Below are positions 12,539 through 26,100 of a DNA stretch of 64,000 bases, one piece after another. The stretch comes from Enoplolaimus lenunculus (lineage: Eukaryota): assembly GCA_030248215.1 (NCBI GenBank), contig JASANG010003338.1:1-64000 (forward strand). Reading direction: 5' to 3'. The position numbers were made by a program, and so were the translations under genes. Under the pieces are notes generated by a model, which did no database searches, had not been told where the DNA came from, and saw only the letters and a list, made by a program, of their open reading frames with translations. Position 1 is the first letter of the stretch. Every line of letters begins with the position of its first letter.

Positions 12539-13924
12539 ACAGTTTTATAAGTAAAACAATGGTACAAGTGAAAACTTGAAATTTGTTGGACTTTGTGTTC
12601 AGTGTGCCAATTTTAAGCAAATTAAGTGAAAAAATTTTCAAATCAAGTTGTTTTAATACTTTGAAGGTCGTGTAGCGGTGTGACATTAAAGGCTAATTCA
12701 ACAACAACTTTACAAATAATCATTTTTCTGTTTCCATTTCTGCTATTCTATCCGCTATGTTTTCCGCAATTTTTGAAACGACCTTGTGACCATCTCTGTT
12801 ATACTGTCTGTTTGCGCTCTGTTATTAATTATAAGAGAGGCGTTTCAAACGCGCTGTTTTCTTTACTGCTCGCGACTTATAAACCATGGTAGAAAGTATT
12901 TGGTGAAACCCTCTGCAGACAAAATGCGAATTATTTTATGCAAAAGGGATAAAATCAATTTCTTGCTAATTTATTGTGCCCGAGAAATATAACATTTATA
13001 GCTTATGCGCCATATTTTACTGTGGCTCATTTGTAATAACGGTCAATTGAGGTCCAAACACCAATCTCATATCCTTGTTCTATTTGTACCTATATCGGGG
13101 GGGAGGGCGCAGAGGCGATTCGTTCGATTGTTTTTCTAGGGGAAACAAACAGGAAGAGGGATTGCACCCCCGTCGAGTATTTAATGCGAAAAATAGCAAG
13201 GTTGTGAATTTTGTAGTATAGTGTTATTTAATGCTCTAAATGTTCACATGTAGCCTATTTTAGGCAAATTATTACTGATTTGACACAATTTGTATATCAT
13301 TTAACTGTATTTGTTTAACTCGCGGTATTTATTACTCTGTGATCTTTGAATGAGTTTCCATCTATACTTTATGAGGCGCTGGGGATGGCTTATGGCGTTC
13401 GATTTTCAATTATTTTTAATAACGAACAAAATGTTCTGGAAAAATGTTTAATCGATATGCTATGAACAGCTTTACTACAGTTTGCTAACTTCTATTAAAT
13501 AGGTATATATACTATAGGCATTCATGCATTCTAAAGACATCATAGAAATCTTCTTGCCCCATCTGCTAAGAAATGCTGGTTGCGGTACTTTACGAAAACA
13601 TTGCTTGACTGATTTCAAAGAAGTAAAATATTCAATACTTGCAAGTTAATAAGCATTTTGAGGAACAAAAATATTTATGATATATGCCTAATTACCAAGG
13701 CGAGTATTATTTACAAAAACATTACATGCTTGTTTGCAACCCCAACGCCTATCTGTCAACAGTGATACGCCAAGAAATGTGAATCATGGGCTCTTTCATG
13801 CAATTTCGGAAACATGTTAAAAGATTTGTTTTGATGCAAATTGATATGGACCAACTGCAGTTTTTCCGATACGGTCAGCAGTTGATCGAATACCTTGCGA
13901 GTGAAGCGAGAACTCAACTAATTA

Positions 13925-14113
13925 CACTGCAAAAAATGGTAAGTTCAATTGACTCTCTCCGAAATAGGCTTTACGGTACTATACAAACTGAGTCAAATTC
14001 AACGCCGCCAAAGTCAGACGCGTTTGCTTCAGGTGGAGTTGCACTTGACTCAGTTTGTGTAGTCCCGCAAGGCTTATTTCGGACAGAGTCAATTTGACTT
14101 ATCATATTTTGCA
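13925..14113. mobile_element. Palindromic MITE, CACT-terminus (CMC/EnSpm-like), family B
   Basis: TA|CACTGCAAAAAATGG start; internal inverted ACAAACTGAGTCAA / TTGACTCAGTTTGT; homologous to 52454-52673. Confidence 0.7.
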
Positions 14114-17100
14114 AACGAAGCTAGCAAGACCAAAAGTAATTTTGGTGTTTAATGTAAACTTTTAAGCACTCATTGCTCGTGATAGGGTGACCTCAGCCTC
14201 GCCTGGGCAGTTTTCGGAACGCCCATGGCTATCAAAAGTTTGCAAAAGTTTTACAACAAATACATTTAGGGATATGTTAGGTTATAAATTTGAGACACGC
14301 GTCACCAGATCATTCATTCACACGCAGTATTAAGTTTTTCACTGAATCATAAATTGTTTGTATGACTACTACTAGGTGACCCTCTTGAATTTAAAATTCA
14401 CCAAAGTGCATTTCATATTGTTAAACATACAATTTTATATATTATACTATATATTTCAGGAACCGATCACTGGGTAAAGCTCCCGAAATATAACGTTTGG
14501 TGTATTAAATTGAAATACTCATTTATTTGTTTAACCGCACACAATGCTCAAGCCACAGATTATATATTCTCAGAAAGGTAAACAAAGCCAGTGTATACGT
14601 TTATTAGGGATGCTCTGTTAATTTAAAATGTTTAGTTAAATCAACATTTTGCATTTCAAACGCAATAATGAGTTTGTCGCATTTTAAACAAGCGTATTTC
14701 GTTGCCATGTGAAACGAAACCGGGTAATTGTTAAATTTTTTGACCCATAATCTTTGATTGAAATATAGATTTTATATTATAATAGCTTGTTAATTTCTAG
14801 CCAGAGCAGAAAGAGTTTCAATGAAGTAAAAAAACTTACAATTATTGTCACACACTTGTTGTCTATGGTTATTTTAATAATGGCTCGCAGAATCGAAATT
14901 ATGGGAACCCAGTATGGAGGCATGGGTGGCGTTATGGTCATAGTTGGATACGCTATCCGCAGTAAGTGCTGGTAAAAATTTACTAATCTTTGACCACCAG
15001 AAATTTGGTTCATTGTGATTTAACAGAAAATAAAATTCAAACTCTTCTTACCTTTGTTGTTATTGTGACAATCCGAATATTCGGCATTTTTGCCCAATAA
15101 ACATCCTGATAATTTTTAACCGGAATTCGCAAGCATGATCCATATAAGTAAATGTATGTTGCATATTTCAATTTTAGTGTTTCCAATTTTAAATAATTGA
15201 AGCTTATTATTCAATTCGTATTAGAATTTCAATTCGTTTGTGACTTATCACCGCCGGTTGATTTTGGTTTCTAAACGCTCTTAGTTTCAAATTGAAAAAC
15301 TCAGTTGTGATTTATTTACTAGTTTCGTGTTACATGTGAACTTTTTGAAGTTCGCTGAATATTTATGCCACTTTAGCATTCTTTGACTTTCAAAATTTCC
15401 GTATGTATTAATCTAAGTTTTGTACCTAAATAGTTTAATACTAATCACACTGTCGCAGTAAAACAACAATTTCATGAGCGAAGTTCGGGTTATAAGTATA
15501 TATTCCTAGTTGCAGAACGCTTTTGCGAAATTCTTCTGACTCCTGATTTAGTAACATGATAATCATGACTGTTAGCCAACGCCCACATTGAGGGTCTGAT
15601 TAAGGTCCTTGCGCAAAAATTGACCTTCGACTCAAGTAGAATTTTCTCCGAGAGTTTGGGCTTGGGCGATTTTGGTAATGTAATTTCTCGTATTTTTGTA
15701 AAGTTGCGTTGTTCAGTTACAGCTTGGTTGCAGATTTACGGTTACTTGGAAAGCTTTGATTGCTGAGATTTTTCAAGAAGGGAGCTTAAAACCAATTTTT
15801 GACATCAGAGAAGTATTAATATCAGCAAATTCCGCAACATTTTCGTTGCTAATCTTATTTTCCCTCCGGCTCCAACAAAATTTGTTATTTCCAACTTCGG
15901 TTTTTATACCTCCAGTTGCACCATGCTGTTAGCAAGCCGAGTGTTATCGAGGAGGCAGCAGTATATAACATATGAATTTTGACACGGATTGCGAAATCCT
16001 AATCCATGGAAACAAGCATATATGTCGCGAACCGCAAGTGCTAAAACATTTCCCAAAAAGTTTAATCTTTTCAACCTAATTTAAAAAACACAAACAGGTT
16101 TTGCCGAACATTGCTTGAACTCGACTTTTAAAATCCGATTGCAAAAATTCGATTCTGAATCTTGAACATTTGGCAAAATTTGATGTCGAATCGGAACTGC
16201 TGCTGTCACCTTAGTTACAATTAATATCCTTATATTCAAAGCCTAACGGATATATCCGGATATCCAGTGTCCATCACTACGCATTTGTTTCACTAAAATT
16301 TTACCGTCTGTTGTAGAACAAAGTAAATGCTTATAAGTTTCGTAGCGAAACAGGTTTAAAGCATGCCCAAATTGAGCAATTAAATACTTTAAAAAGAGTA
16401 AAGTTTTTAGAAAAATTGCTATTTCAACGGGGGATTCAAACTACATGAGCCTCTTTTACCTGAGCCTCTTTTTGGAACAGCCGCTGGATTGTTGTTAGTA
16501 CAGTAATCGGAACTGTTTAAATTGTCAAAAATATTCGGCTGCTGGCATGTAATATATTTTTATTTCAAAACTTTAAATGTTGCGTTATGCATGTTTCCAA
16601 TCCAGAAGCTGTTCAATCAGTGAGCAACAATACATCGAAGTTTGATGACATTTAAATTTTTAGGTTCAGAATGTAATTTGTTGCCGCATCGTGTGTGCTT
16701 CAAGTTATTTGAAGTATGTATTTGAAATTTCAAGGTATATATGATTCTTAATTTTAACTAAAATACAGTTTAATTCATTGTTTATCGTTAGGCTCGGATT
16801 GAAAACTAATATCCATGACATTTCGGGTGCCAGAGCTTGTAGTTTTGCCGTTTTTTGTAGTCTTATTTTGCGTTGGAAAAGACTTAATCATCAACTTTCG
16901 GTGAACAGTACTGTATTACGTAACTATCAGCTGCCAGTAGGATCCCAGGCAATCATGAGTTACGGTGAATGTTTAGTTTTAAACAATAAAGTTTGTCACA
17001 ATTTTTAAATCGATTTGTCAAAATGAAAAAATTGTGTGGGCTTCAAACGTTGATTCAATCGCTAGATCGTCCAAATTCGCCCTTATCGTCTGTGTTAAAA

Positions 17101-18451
17101 GCGAGGCAGAAGCTTGGCGGAATTTTTAATATTAAATCTACTTGGAACAGACGCAAATCGTTTTTTGGTTCATGGATTGTAGCTTAGAATCCCATAGACC
17201 TCTGGCTACGCGCCAGTTTGAATAACCAAATTGTCTTGCTATATCAGTAAATATATTATTAATTGAGAGACCATTAGAATCGTATACAAGGAAGGTAAGT
17301 AATATAACCCCCGGAATTTCTGAAATGTCGAGAAAAATCTGTTTTGCTTTAAAATAACTTACGGGATAATTTAGGTTCGAAAATTTTTATGCTCGACCAC
17401 ACACAGTTTTTGCCTTACGAGTCAGACGCACTCCAACTGTCCCAGTGAAATAGCAGTAACTGAGCAAACTAATTAACAGATTTTGACCTATTTTCATATT
17501 CATTGTCATATTTTTTTTAGTTTTTAATGATTAACGGTGTAAATCTTTCATGTTCTCGCGACGTTCACTTATTCAGTACTATCGAATGCAGTAGCAAGCG
17601 GCGGATCTGAAAGAGTAAATAAATGATAAAATTTTTAGATGGTCAATCCGCCGAAAAAGTTTTCACCTTAGTTTTGCGGTGAAATTTTCAAAACTATAAT
17701 AATTTCATCTCCTGATTTTTGTTGCCTCGTTTGCGTCGGCCTGCCTTATGAAGCGGTCAAATTTTCCCCAACGCGCTCCACGAGTCCCTAGACCCCATTT
17801 CCATCTGTGCCATAGTCTGCAAAAAAACTTGTTTTCACACAGTATTTGGTCGCCTGTTCAGCATACGTAAGGTTTGAATCTAGCAGTGAAACGTGAGCTT
17901 GTTACAACGGACAGTTTGCCAAATTAGTACACGTTTCCTCGTCAACTTGCAAGATGTTAACGTATCGCTATCAAGCGATGCACCATTAATGCTGAATAAA
18001 AATATATTTAAACAAATTGATGGTTGTTATCGGCAACAATTGGTCAGATGGCAAGCCCGCAAAAACAGCCGTCGAGTATATATTTTCACGGAAAATCCTA
18101 ATGGATGTGCAGAGGGAATATCCAATCAATGCGGGATCTCAGTTGCATATTTTCTTGACAATAGTTTAAACTTATTTTCCTGGTATCTACTACACTGACG
18201 GAGACAATTGTGTGGAAATGGAACCGGCACGATCATGCCTCTGTTGATCGCTCAATTTTATGCCATATAGGCATGCGAACGTCGACGTAGGTATCAAATC
18301 AAGTCATATTAAAACGGTAAAATAATCATCTCATTGGATTTACAAGATTAGCAAAATATTTTGTAAAAATATCTAAAAAGTTTGAGTTCTGTAGTACTTT
18401 AATTTGAAGATCTTTCCAACATAATATGTATCAGTACTGTTTAGTTGGCTA

Positions 18452-18840
18452 TACTGTGTGTTATTGCGCTGACGTAGACAGTTAATCTCGTAAAATTTTG
18501 GAAAAAATTACATTATGAACTCGTCAAATAACTTTTATAGAAAATATAAAATTTTAATATCATTGGCACGTTTACTTCAGCGACAGCTATGGACACTGCC
18601 AGTAGCGCAGCCTATGCAATAACGAGGGTAAACTTACGGGAAGCGCTACTGTGTGTTATTGCGCTGACGTATACAGTTAATCTCGTAAAATTTTGGAAAA
18701 ATTACATTATGAACTCGTCAAATAACTTTTATAGAAAATATAAAATTTTAGTATCATTGGTACGTTTACTTCAGCGACAGCTATGGACACTGCCAGTAGC
18801 GCAGCCTATGCAATAACGAGGGTAAACTTACGGGAAGCGC
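18452..18840. repeat. Direct tandem duplication, 2 x about 195 bp
   Basis: 18452-18646 is repeated at 18647-18840 (TACTGTGTGTTATTGCGCTGACG ... CTTACGGGAAGCGC) with a few substitutions and one indel. Confidence 0.95.
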
Positions 18841-19163
18841 GATATATGGCAGTAGAAGAAACCTTGCGTTGAGTAAAGCGAACGAGAAGCTAAACTCAAT
18901 TTTATGACATTAAATGCTATGAAACTTGGATTTGATAATCTGGCAACAAGCTTCTTTCGCGTCCTTTTGATGTGTCACTGGCTACTACCACGTCAACAGC
19001 ACAGCTTGTTTGCAATTGTTCAACTGGCGTACAGCGTTGAGTTCCATTTGGTTACTAGATGATTGTATTACAAATAAGATTTCTGTATCATTAACCGCAA
19101 AACTTCATTGCTTTAACCTTTTCTCACATGAATATTTTCTGTTTCCCCTAAGACCTACTTTTA

Positions 19164-19229
19164 TGCTAGGATTCGAACTCCAGTGACTGGATTGGGAGGC
19201 GTATAGCATCACCACTCAGCTATAGGAGC
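19164..19229 (-). mobile_element. tRNA-derived SINE head
   Basis: Minus strand GCTCCTATAGCTGAGTGGTGATGC (A box) ... GGAGTTCGAATCCTAGCA (B box). Confidence 0.55.
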
Positions 19230-19384
19230 TTGACGCTCGAGCCCGAGGGGGCATTCACGTCTTGTGGTGATTTAGTACTATGTATACGTGTTGCAATTGT
19301 TAAACACAGTGCGATATATACTATTTAACGTATATACACTGCACTGAGCTGCCTATAGGCAACTCAATGTGAGAAGGGGTTAAC

Positions 19385-19538
19385 GGCCCATGTAAAGAAC
19401 ACGGGCTGAACGGTTTTCTGTGGGACTAGAAAAGAGTAAGCTTAAGCTTTAGACAAATTTTTTTGCTTAGCTTAGGCTTAGGATTAGGTGTAGCCATATG
19501 CTTATAATACTGTGCTGCCCCTGTTCTTTACATTGGCC
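19385..19538. mobile_element. MITE family C (GGCC(A/C)ATGTAA TIRs, internal TTAGGC/CCTAAG repeats)
   Basis: GGCCCATGTAAAGAACA ... TGTTCTTTACATTGGCC. Related copies near 5476-5655, 22425-22595, 36185-36380, 47660-47730, 55720-55900 and 63270-63365. Confidence 0.7.
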
Positions 19539-19654
19539 GCTTTAACTATGAATGATAATTGGTTCATATTCGTTAGCTTGGGTAGCACCTATCACTAGCT
19601 GGAGAAAGGCTGAAGTATACCTTTGCGTCAGTGAATGGTGAGGTTGATCACCAT

Positions 19655-19824
19655 CAAGGGCGTCCGCACGGGACGGAACTGGGTGGGGGGGCTGTGCCCC
19701 TCAAATTTGGCTGCGTGCCCCCCAAATAGACTCGGTCAAAAAGTAAACAATCTTGAATTGCAATTGTAGAGGTCCTCCAAATTTATTCGGTGCCCCCAAA
19801 TATATTTTTCTGCGGACACTCCTG
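19655..19824. mobile_element. hAT-type MITE with 8-bp TSD
   Basis: TIRs CAAGGGCGTCCGCA / TGCGGACACTCCTG flanked by ATCACCAT / ATCAACAT (7/8 match). Related copies near 32515-32647 and 40310-40420. Confidence 0.75.
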
Positions 19825-21164
19825 ATCAACATAATTTTTGCATTTGATTTGTTTTACTTCTGTGCCAATTTTCAGATCCGCAATTGACGCATTTCAGAAT
19901 ATTGCCCTTTAACTCAAAAACCAGCAATATGTCAGGTTTGATTTAACAATCTCAGATTCATTCATTAACAGAATGCCGCAAATTCGGCACTATAGTTTTT
20001 AATTGTTTTTATTATTTAAATTCAGGAAAAAATTTAATTGAATCAATCTTTATAAACCGATGCCGACAGGAAATAGTAAGGCGTATTATACATGAACGAC
20101 AATTATGGCAAACTGACACTTGAAAATTAGTAACTTCCAAACAAGGCAAGATGTTGGCATAGCTGAGTCGCGAGCATTTGAAATTCTCAGCGTTGCTACA
20201 TCAGGCCAGCTTTGGAGTTTAAATTCGACATGGGAATTCTACGGACGAATTTATCATTCTACGATGGGGATCGTGGCAAAGTGTACATAATTGGTTTTAA
20301 AACGACACAAAGATACACGATGTATGTTCGAAATGCTTGATGAATTCATGGTTGCGATTTGGCTGGTGTGATTGAAAAAAGTTTGCACTGAGCATGAATG
20401 ACGCTGTTAAAGTGATTTGTAGAAAAATATTTGCCTTCCGAGTACGAGAAATAGGCAAGTTTTATTGTACAACATAGAAAAATCGACATGCATATTTCAA
20501 TGCAATTCAATAATTTGTATTTACGTCGTAGCCAAAAGCGTATTTATTTAACCATGAATCAATTGGTTATTGCATTGCTGTGAAATGCAGTGGCGGTTAA
20601 AGAAATATATGATGCAAACTCGCGCATTTGCGAAAAAACTTCGCAAACGAAGTGAGCGAAAACCAAACGCAATCACTATAGCACTAATCTAAAAATTCGT
20701 TAGGGAGGAACCTTAACATTTTATCGTAAAAAACCGTCTGATATGACGGGCTGGCGCGCCTCCGTTCCCACTTGGATCCGGCGCTTGCAGGTTATAAACG
20801 GATAGTAATAACGGAAACGGATGATCAAAATAAACGGAAATGGATGTTTTATTTTTCTGCCAACCAAATTGAGGTATGCAAACATTCACCGAGCTTTCTA
20901 AAATATTAAAGAAAAAATACCGTATACACCGAAAATTAACACCACACAAACAGATATATACACTTATTTATTTTACTTAATTTTCTACCTTTTGCCCCGA
21001 CTCCCTTCGGACAGTGTCGGGACAATTAATAGTGCCTACGTACCGCACAAAATTGTACCTACATGCTAGCTGCAGCTTCGATTTGTACACAGGTCTTTAC
21101 CGGGTGGTTGGAAAATTTATTACATTAGCGCATAACGTGGATGACCCATAACCAACTGGTCATA

Positions 21165-21575
21165 CTGTAGTGACCAGAATACGAGGGAGACTGATATTTA
21201 TTGGGCCTCTCGAGAGGGTACTCCCCTGTTATTCGGTAATGGGCTGTTACTCTGCCACCCTTCGTTACTTATATATTTCCGGTATTACCACTATCCGGTG
21301 AATGAAATGTTTTTTGCTTTGCATCAAAAGCTTGAGCGATAATGCAAAGTTACGCTTTGGAATGTTATTTTCAAAATTTAAGTACGCGTTAAGGTTTCGA
21401 ACTCAACTTTATTTGATCCTGGAGTCTTTTATGAGTCACAATGAGGAATAATTGACATTTATGGACTCTAATTTCGGTTTAAAGACTCTATCTGGTTACG
21501 GACTCTTATTAGGGATACGGACTCCTATTGATTGGGACCCAAAATGGGGACCTCCTCTTATTTGGGTCACTACAG
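21165..21575 (+). mobile_element. MITE family A, complete copy with TA flanks (Tc1/mariner-like TSD)
   Basis: TA|CTGTAGTGACCAGAATACGAGG ... CCTCTTATTTGGGTCACTACAG|TA; 411 bp, non-coding. Confidence 0.8.
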
Positions 21576-22814
21576 TAAGTGCTACAACCGACATGAAGGT
21601 GGGGCGAGCGACCCACGGGGTGGGTTGCGGCGGGGCGGAGATGGCCGTTCCGCGAGGTGCGCTGCCCATAAACTGAATTTTTTCGCCGGCCTGAATATCA
21701 AAATTTTACAGTTCACACCGAATTTTTAGGTCATCCTTTTCTAAATTCACTTGTGCTGGGAGAAGAGTGTTTAACTTCGATCTCTAAAAGCTAAACACGT
21801 TTGAGAATACGGGTACGGAAAAGTTGCAAATCTTGAAGGTTTAATCAATCTGTTACTTTGTATATGCCGATGTGGCAGACTCAGTGCATAATTTTCACGA
21901 GATGCGCTGGTTATTCTCAGGCGTTGCCAAACTACAGCTTAACATGTAGAATGATCGCTTTTCTATGAGTTCTTTTAGTTGTCAATGTTTACTTCCTATT
22001 TTTTGCGTGAAAAGTCGTACACACATTTTCATGAGATTTTTTTCGCTGTCGACCTTCGTCATCAAACTATGTGAGACAGAGTGTCACTAAGATATAAACA
22101 ACTGGGAGGTTAGCAACTTTAGGCATGGTTTTAGAGCATTTCAGTTACTTGACAAATGTTAAAAATACTGCGAACTTTACATTTTGTTACATAAATTAAC
22201 CGTTGACCCACGATGTCTTTTTGTTTTGTAAGTTACTAGTATCAGCGCACCTAAGAATATACGTTTGAAAATGTTTCATAACTTTGAAACGATTTTCCAA
22301 TTTTATCTATTAAAAACTCGGGCAGTGGACAAAATTGATATTTATATTGATATCGTAGCTTAGCAGTACACACAAGCATATCTGCTAAAATTCACAACCA
22401 TCCAGACCAATGTATAGAATAGAGCCGTATTAGCAGTGTAAGTATATTCCTAAACCTAAGAATTAGCCAAACCTAGGCGTAACAATGATCTTGCACCTAT
22501 TGCATAAGCTTGAGCAAAAAATGGTCTAAAGCTTAAGCTTACTCTATTGCAGTCCCGCAGAAAAACGTTCTTATTCCAATCTTTACATTGGCCACAACCG
22601 CTCGTGCCTGTTAGTCGGAAGCCGTCCAGTTGGTGTTATCCGTTTGCTTACTTTAGTGGCCGTTCTCATGCCTTGGAATGATCCAGAAGTAAAGTATCCG
22701 CTGGAAGATGTGTTGTTGTGTACCTATTGTTGTTCATGATGAGTCACAACAAGGCAGCGCATTTTAGTTTTCATGTAAGTAAACAACAAAGATAACGCAA
22801 CAACAGACACTTTA

Positions 22815-23102
22815 AGCCCTATTAACACGTGCAATTTTTTGCTGCGAGAACTTGCAGCTACAACTTGCAGCTACAACTTGCACTTGCAAGTTTTGTCTAT
22901 ATTCCTGTTCGAAAAACTTGCAGTTGCAAATATATAATTCTTTAAAAATCATAGTTAGGAATTTAGTTCATATTTGCGAATAACCATGCAAGTTCATGGA
23001 ATTTATTGCAGCCGCTTTCTCATTGGCTGATGAAAAATGCAAGTTCTGCGTGCAATTTGCAGCTAAGTTCTCGCAGCAAATGCTTACACGTGCCAATAAG
23101 GT
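22815..23102. mobile_element. PIF/Harbinger-like MITE with TTA flanks and CTTGCAG subrepeats
   Basis: Inverted ends CACGTG..TTTGCTGCGAGAACTT / AAGTTCTCGCAGCAAA..CACGTG; TTA on both sides. Confidence 0.65.
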
Positions 23103-26100
23103 TTAAAAAATCGTAATGTGTAATGGAATTAACCGTTTATGATGAAAGTAAACCGAAGAAAAATCGAACGCATACCTCAGTTTTTTGCATGTTGTCTTAA
23201 TTTTAGTTTACACATTGTGAAGTTCTTTGACGAATTAATAAACTTTGACAAATAGTGATTTGGAACATAGATCACATTTTTAGAGTTGTTGCTGCATAAG
23301 AAGGTGCTCTGCTCACGTACCAATAAGTGAAAATTAAACGAATGATAGTATATGTTTATTTTGAAAAAATATACGCTGTATAAAAAATAGGCCAATGCTA
23401 ATGAAAGTGCCTGTCATTAACGGCTAAATCAAGCTTACTTACACCTGAGTCAAATCATAAGCTTATGAGTTAGCCAGTTTTCCTGTTTCTCAATGAGCTG
23501 GCCGTTAAAAATTAACAAGGGCCAAAGGAGTAGACATTTACTTGTACGATAAATGCCCTACAGAAAGTTGGATCAATACTTTTGACTTCTTTGAAATATA
23601 TCTCGCGTACAATCCAACCATGCTGTTCCACAGGTCAATCAAAATTTTTGATGCGGAGTAGAAGTACACAAATGTATTGTGATTTCGACGTTTTTAGGTC
23701 GTTTTTCGCAAGCCTCTGATCAAATATTATGTGGCTTACGTGATTGCCTTTCTATGAGTCCGATTTTCTGTTTCAAATCCTATAAATTATCAAGATATAT
23801 ATATGTCGTTGGCCAATCTGCTATTTTGCGCAATAGCAGTTTCGCTAAGGCTAAACAGTTTTTACTTCGACCAATCAGATTTGATTATTTGGACAGACGC
23901 AGTACCGTTAACCAGCAGCGTTGGTTTTACAACACTGTAACAAATTGGCTAGGGCAATTGATAATTGAACTGAAAAGCAGATTGGCCTACGACATATGCT
24001 TTGTCAAATATTTCATTTGCTCATCAATTAAAACAGCGTTAGAAAAACAGCAGAAAGTGATTCGTTTAATATACCATGTCAAGTATGCTCATTTCTGTTT
24101 GGTTTTGGCTCTTTAAAAAAGACCACGAAGACTTAATTTGTTGTAAGTTTGAAATTAATTTTGACCTTTTTCAATTGAATGAAAGTAGAACCACCTTATA
24201 TATAATCAATATTAAAAAACTTCCCTGACAATCGAACAACGGAATTACAATTAAAACTTAAATGATCTCGAGCAAAGGAAAAATGAATAATTCGAACTTC
24301 AATATATGTTGTCGCAAAGAGGGCAGTGAAGCTGTGAAGTGGCAAAATTCCCCGTAACCCCTAGGGGAGCCGCGAGCACGAGGGGGTGGCTAAAAACACC
24401 GTTAGCCACGTGAGTTCAAAAAATTTGCAGTTTCGGTATAATTCCGTTTAACAATGCATAATTCAAGAGTATATCGATGGCTTTTCGCTCGCATCGCTGG
24501 GGAGGTTTCCTTCACCAATATATTGCCACCCCGTATATGTGTACCCTATTCTTTTGGTTATCTGCTGCGTTTCTGGATGATACTTTGCCAAAGGACATCT
24601 CCAATGCCGAGTAGACAGGGGTGGCCTCCACCGAAACTCGCGAGCGAGTAGTCATACGCATTTTAAAACTTCGGCGGTTTTGTTTTATCCGGTTAGGGTG
24701 TGGGCCACTTTAGGGGTGGGCTCCCAAATTGGGGGTATGGGGGTAACTGATTCGTCCCTGGGCATCTCACAGGTGCTGAGACGACTCCAGTCTAAAATGA
24801 CATGGTGCAAACCTATGTTACGAGAGACACGCGTTTGATTTCGACTAAGAATCGGGGCCCTGGCTACGGGCACGTAGCTAAACCAAAATTTGGTTTTACT
24901 TAAACTCACGTTGTTTGCGTACTGACCAATGGCATACGATTCAGCGGCAGAGATGGATTTTGGCGAGTAACGATACTCTGGTGCAATTTCGTATGATTGG
25001 CAGTTGACTGAATTAGCAAGAAAATCCGTCAGTGACGTCCATTTGGTTTGAGCGCGCTGAAAACGAATGTTTTTGTATTACTAAAACCAAAAGCGGATTT
25101 GATCCATTAAATAAGTGCATACTATATACGCATTTTTACGCAGGGCTAAAATGTACCAGCGTTCGTTCTAAGAGTCATCATCGGCTCTTGCTAAATTTAA
25201 ATCTTCATAATGTACTGATCACCAGCATAAAAGATCGAGGGGTAAGTGTCAAGGGTCCATGTTTGAGTCTGAATTACAAAACGTTTTTAAGACAAAAAGA
25301 ATGACGTCTATTAATCCTGCATTATCAAAGTTTGAAAATTTCTGATTCACTGTTTTAAAAGTATGTTTTGCAATACTGCGCATAACTCATACTGGCACAA
25401 CATCGTAAAATTTAGGCAATGTTTAATCTTAAACACCTATTTATAATTTTGGACTTTGGCGTAAAAATTTCTCAAAATTTACAATGTGGGTACACAGCGA
25501 CACATACTCCCTAGAATACTTCGTCTTCCCCTAACATGCAATGAGTAGAAAAGTCTTGGTGCAAATTCTAACAGACTCTAAACTAAGTAATAAGCCGGAA
25601 ACGTTATTCGTTAAAGCATTAAAATTTCCTCATTTCTCATTAATACTAATAAGCATGCAGTTTCTATAGATTTTATGTCGCTGATTTTTACAGCTTTACA
25701 TGCATGAGAGACGCGAACATATATTTTGGATCATGTTAGCTATAAAGGTCTGCTCGCTGGGCGCCTGTAGTCTTGTTGTGTGGAAACTACGCTTAAGTTG
25801 GGTACAGGATTACGATTAGCGACTACGGTTTTACAAATACAGTCCAATAATTGCAGCACATTTAATAAGCAACTACTTGATTTGCCGTGGACCATACTGA
25901 ATCAAGATTAGCCGTTTGCGCTTGGGTAAATGCTCGATATGCTGAGTTCGTTCCAGCAGAAACCGTTTTGGATCTCTAAAATGAACCTTACTATTAAAAA
26001 AGTGTGTTTGTTTGTTTGTTTGTTTCTTTCCGCTGCAAGAATGACAGTTTCTACCCCATTTCTTATATGTTTATTTGTCGTCAGTCACATCCAACGATGT

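Noticed and set aside
13786..14097. 103-aa ORF
   Set aside because: The second half runs through a palindromic MITE; no recognisable domain.
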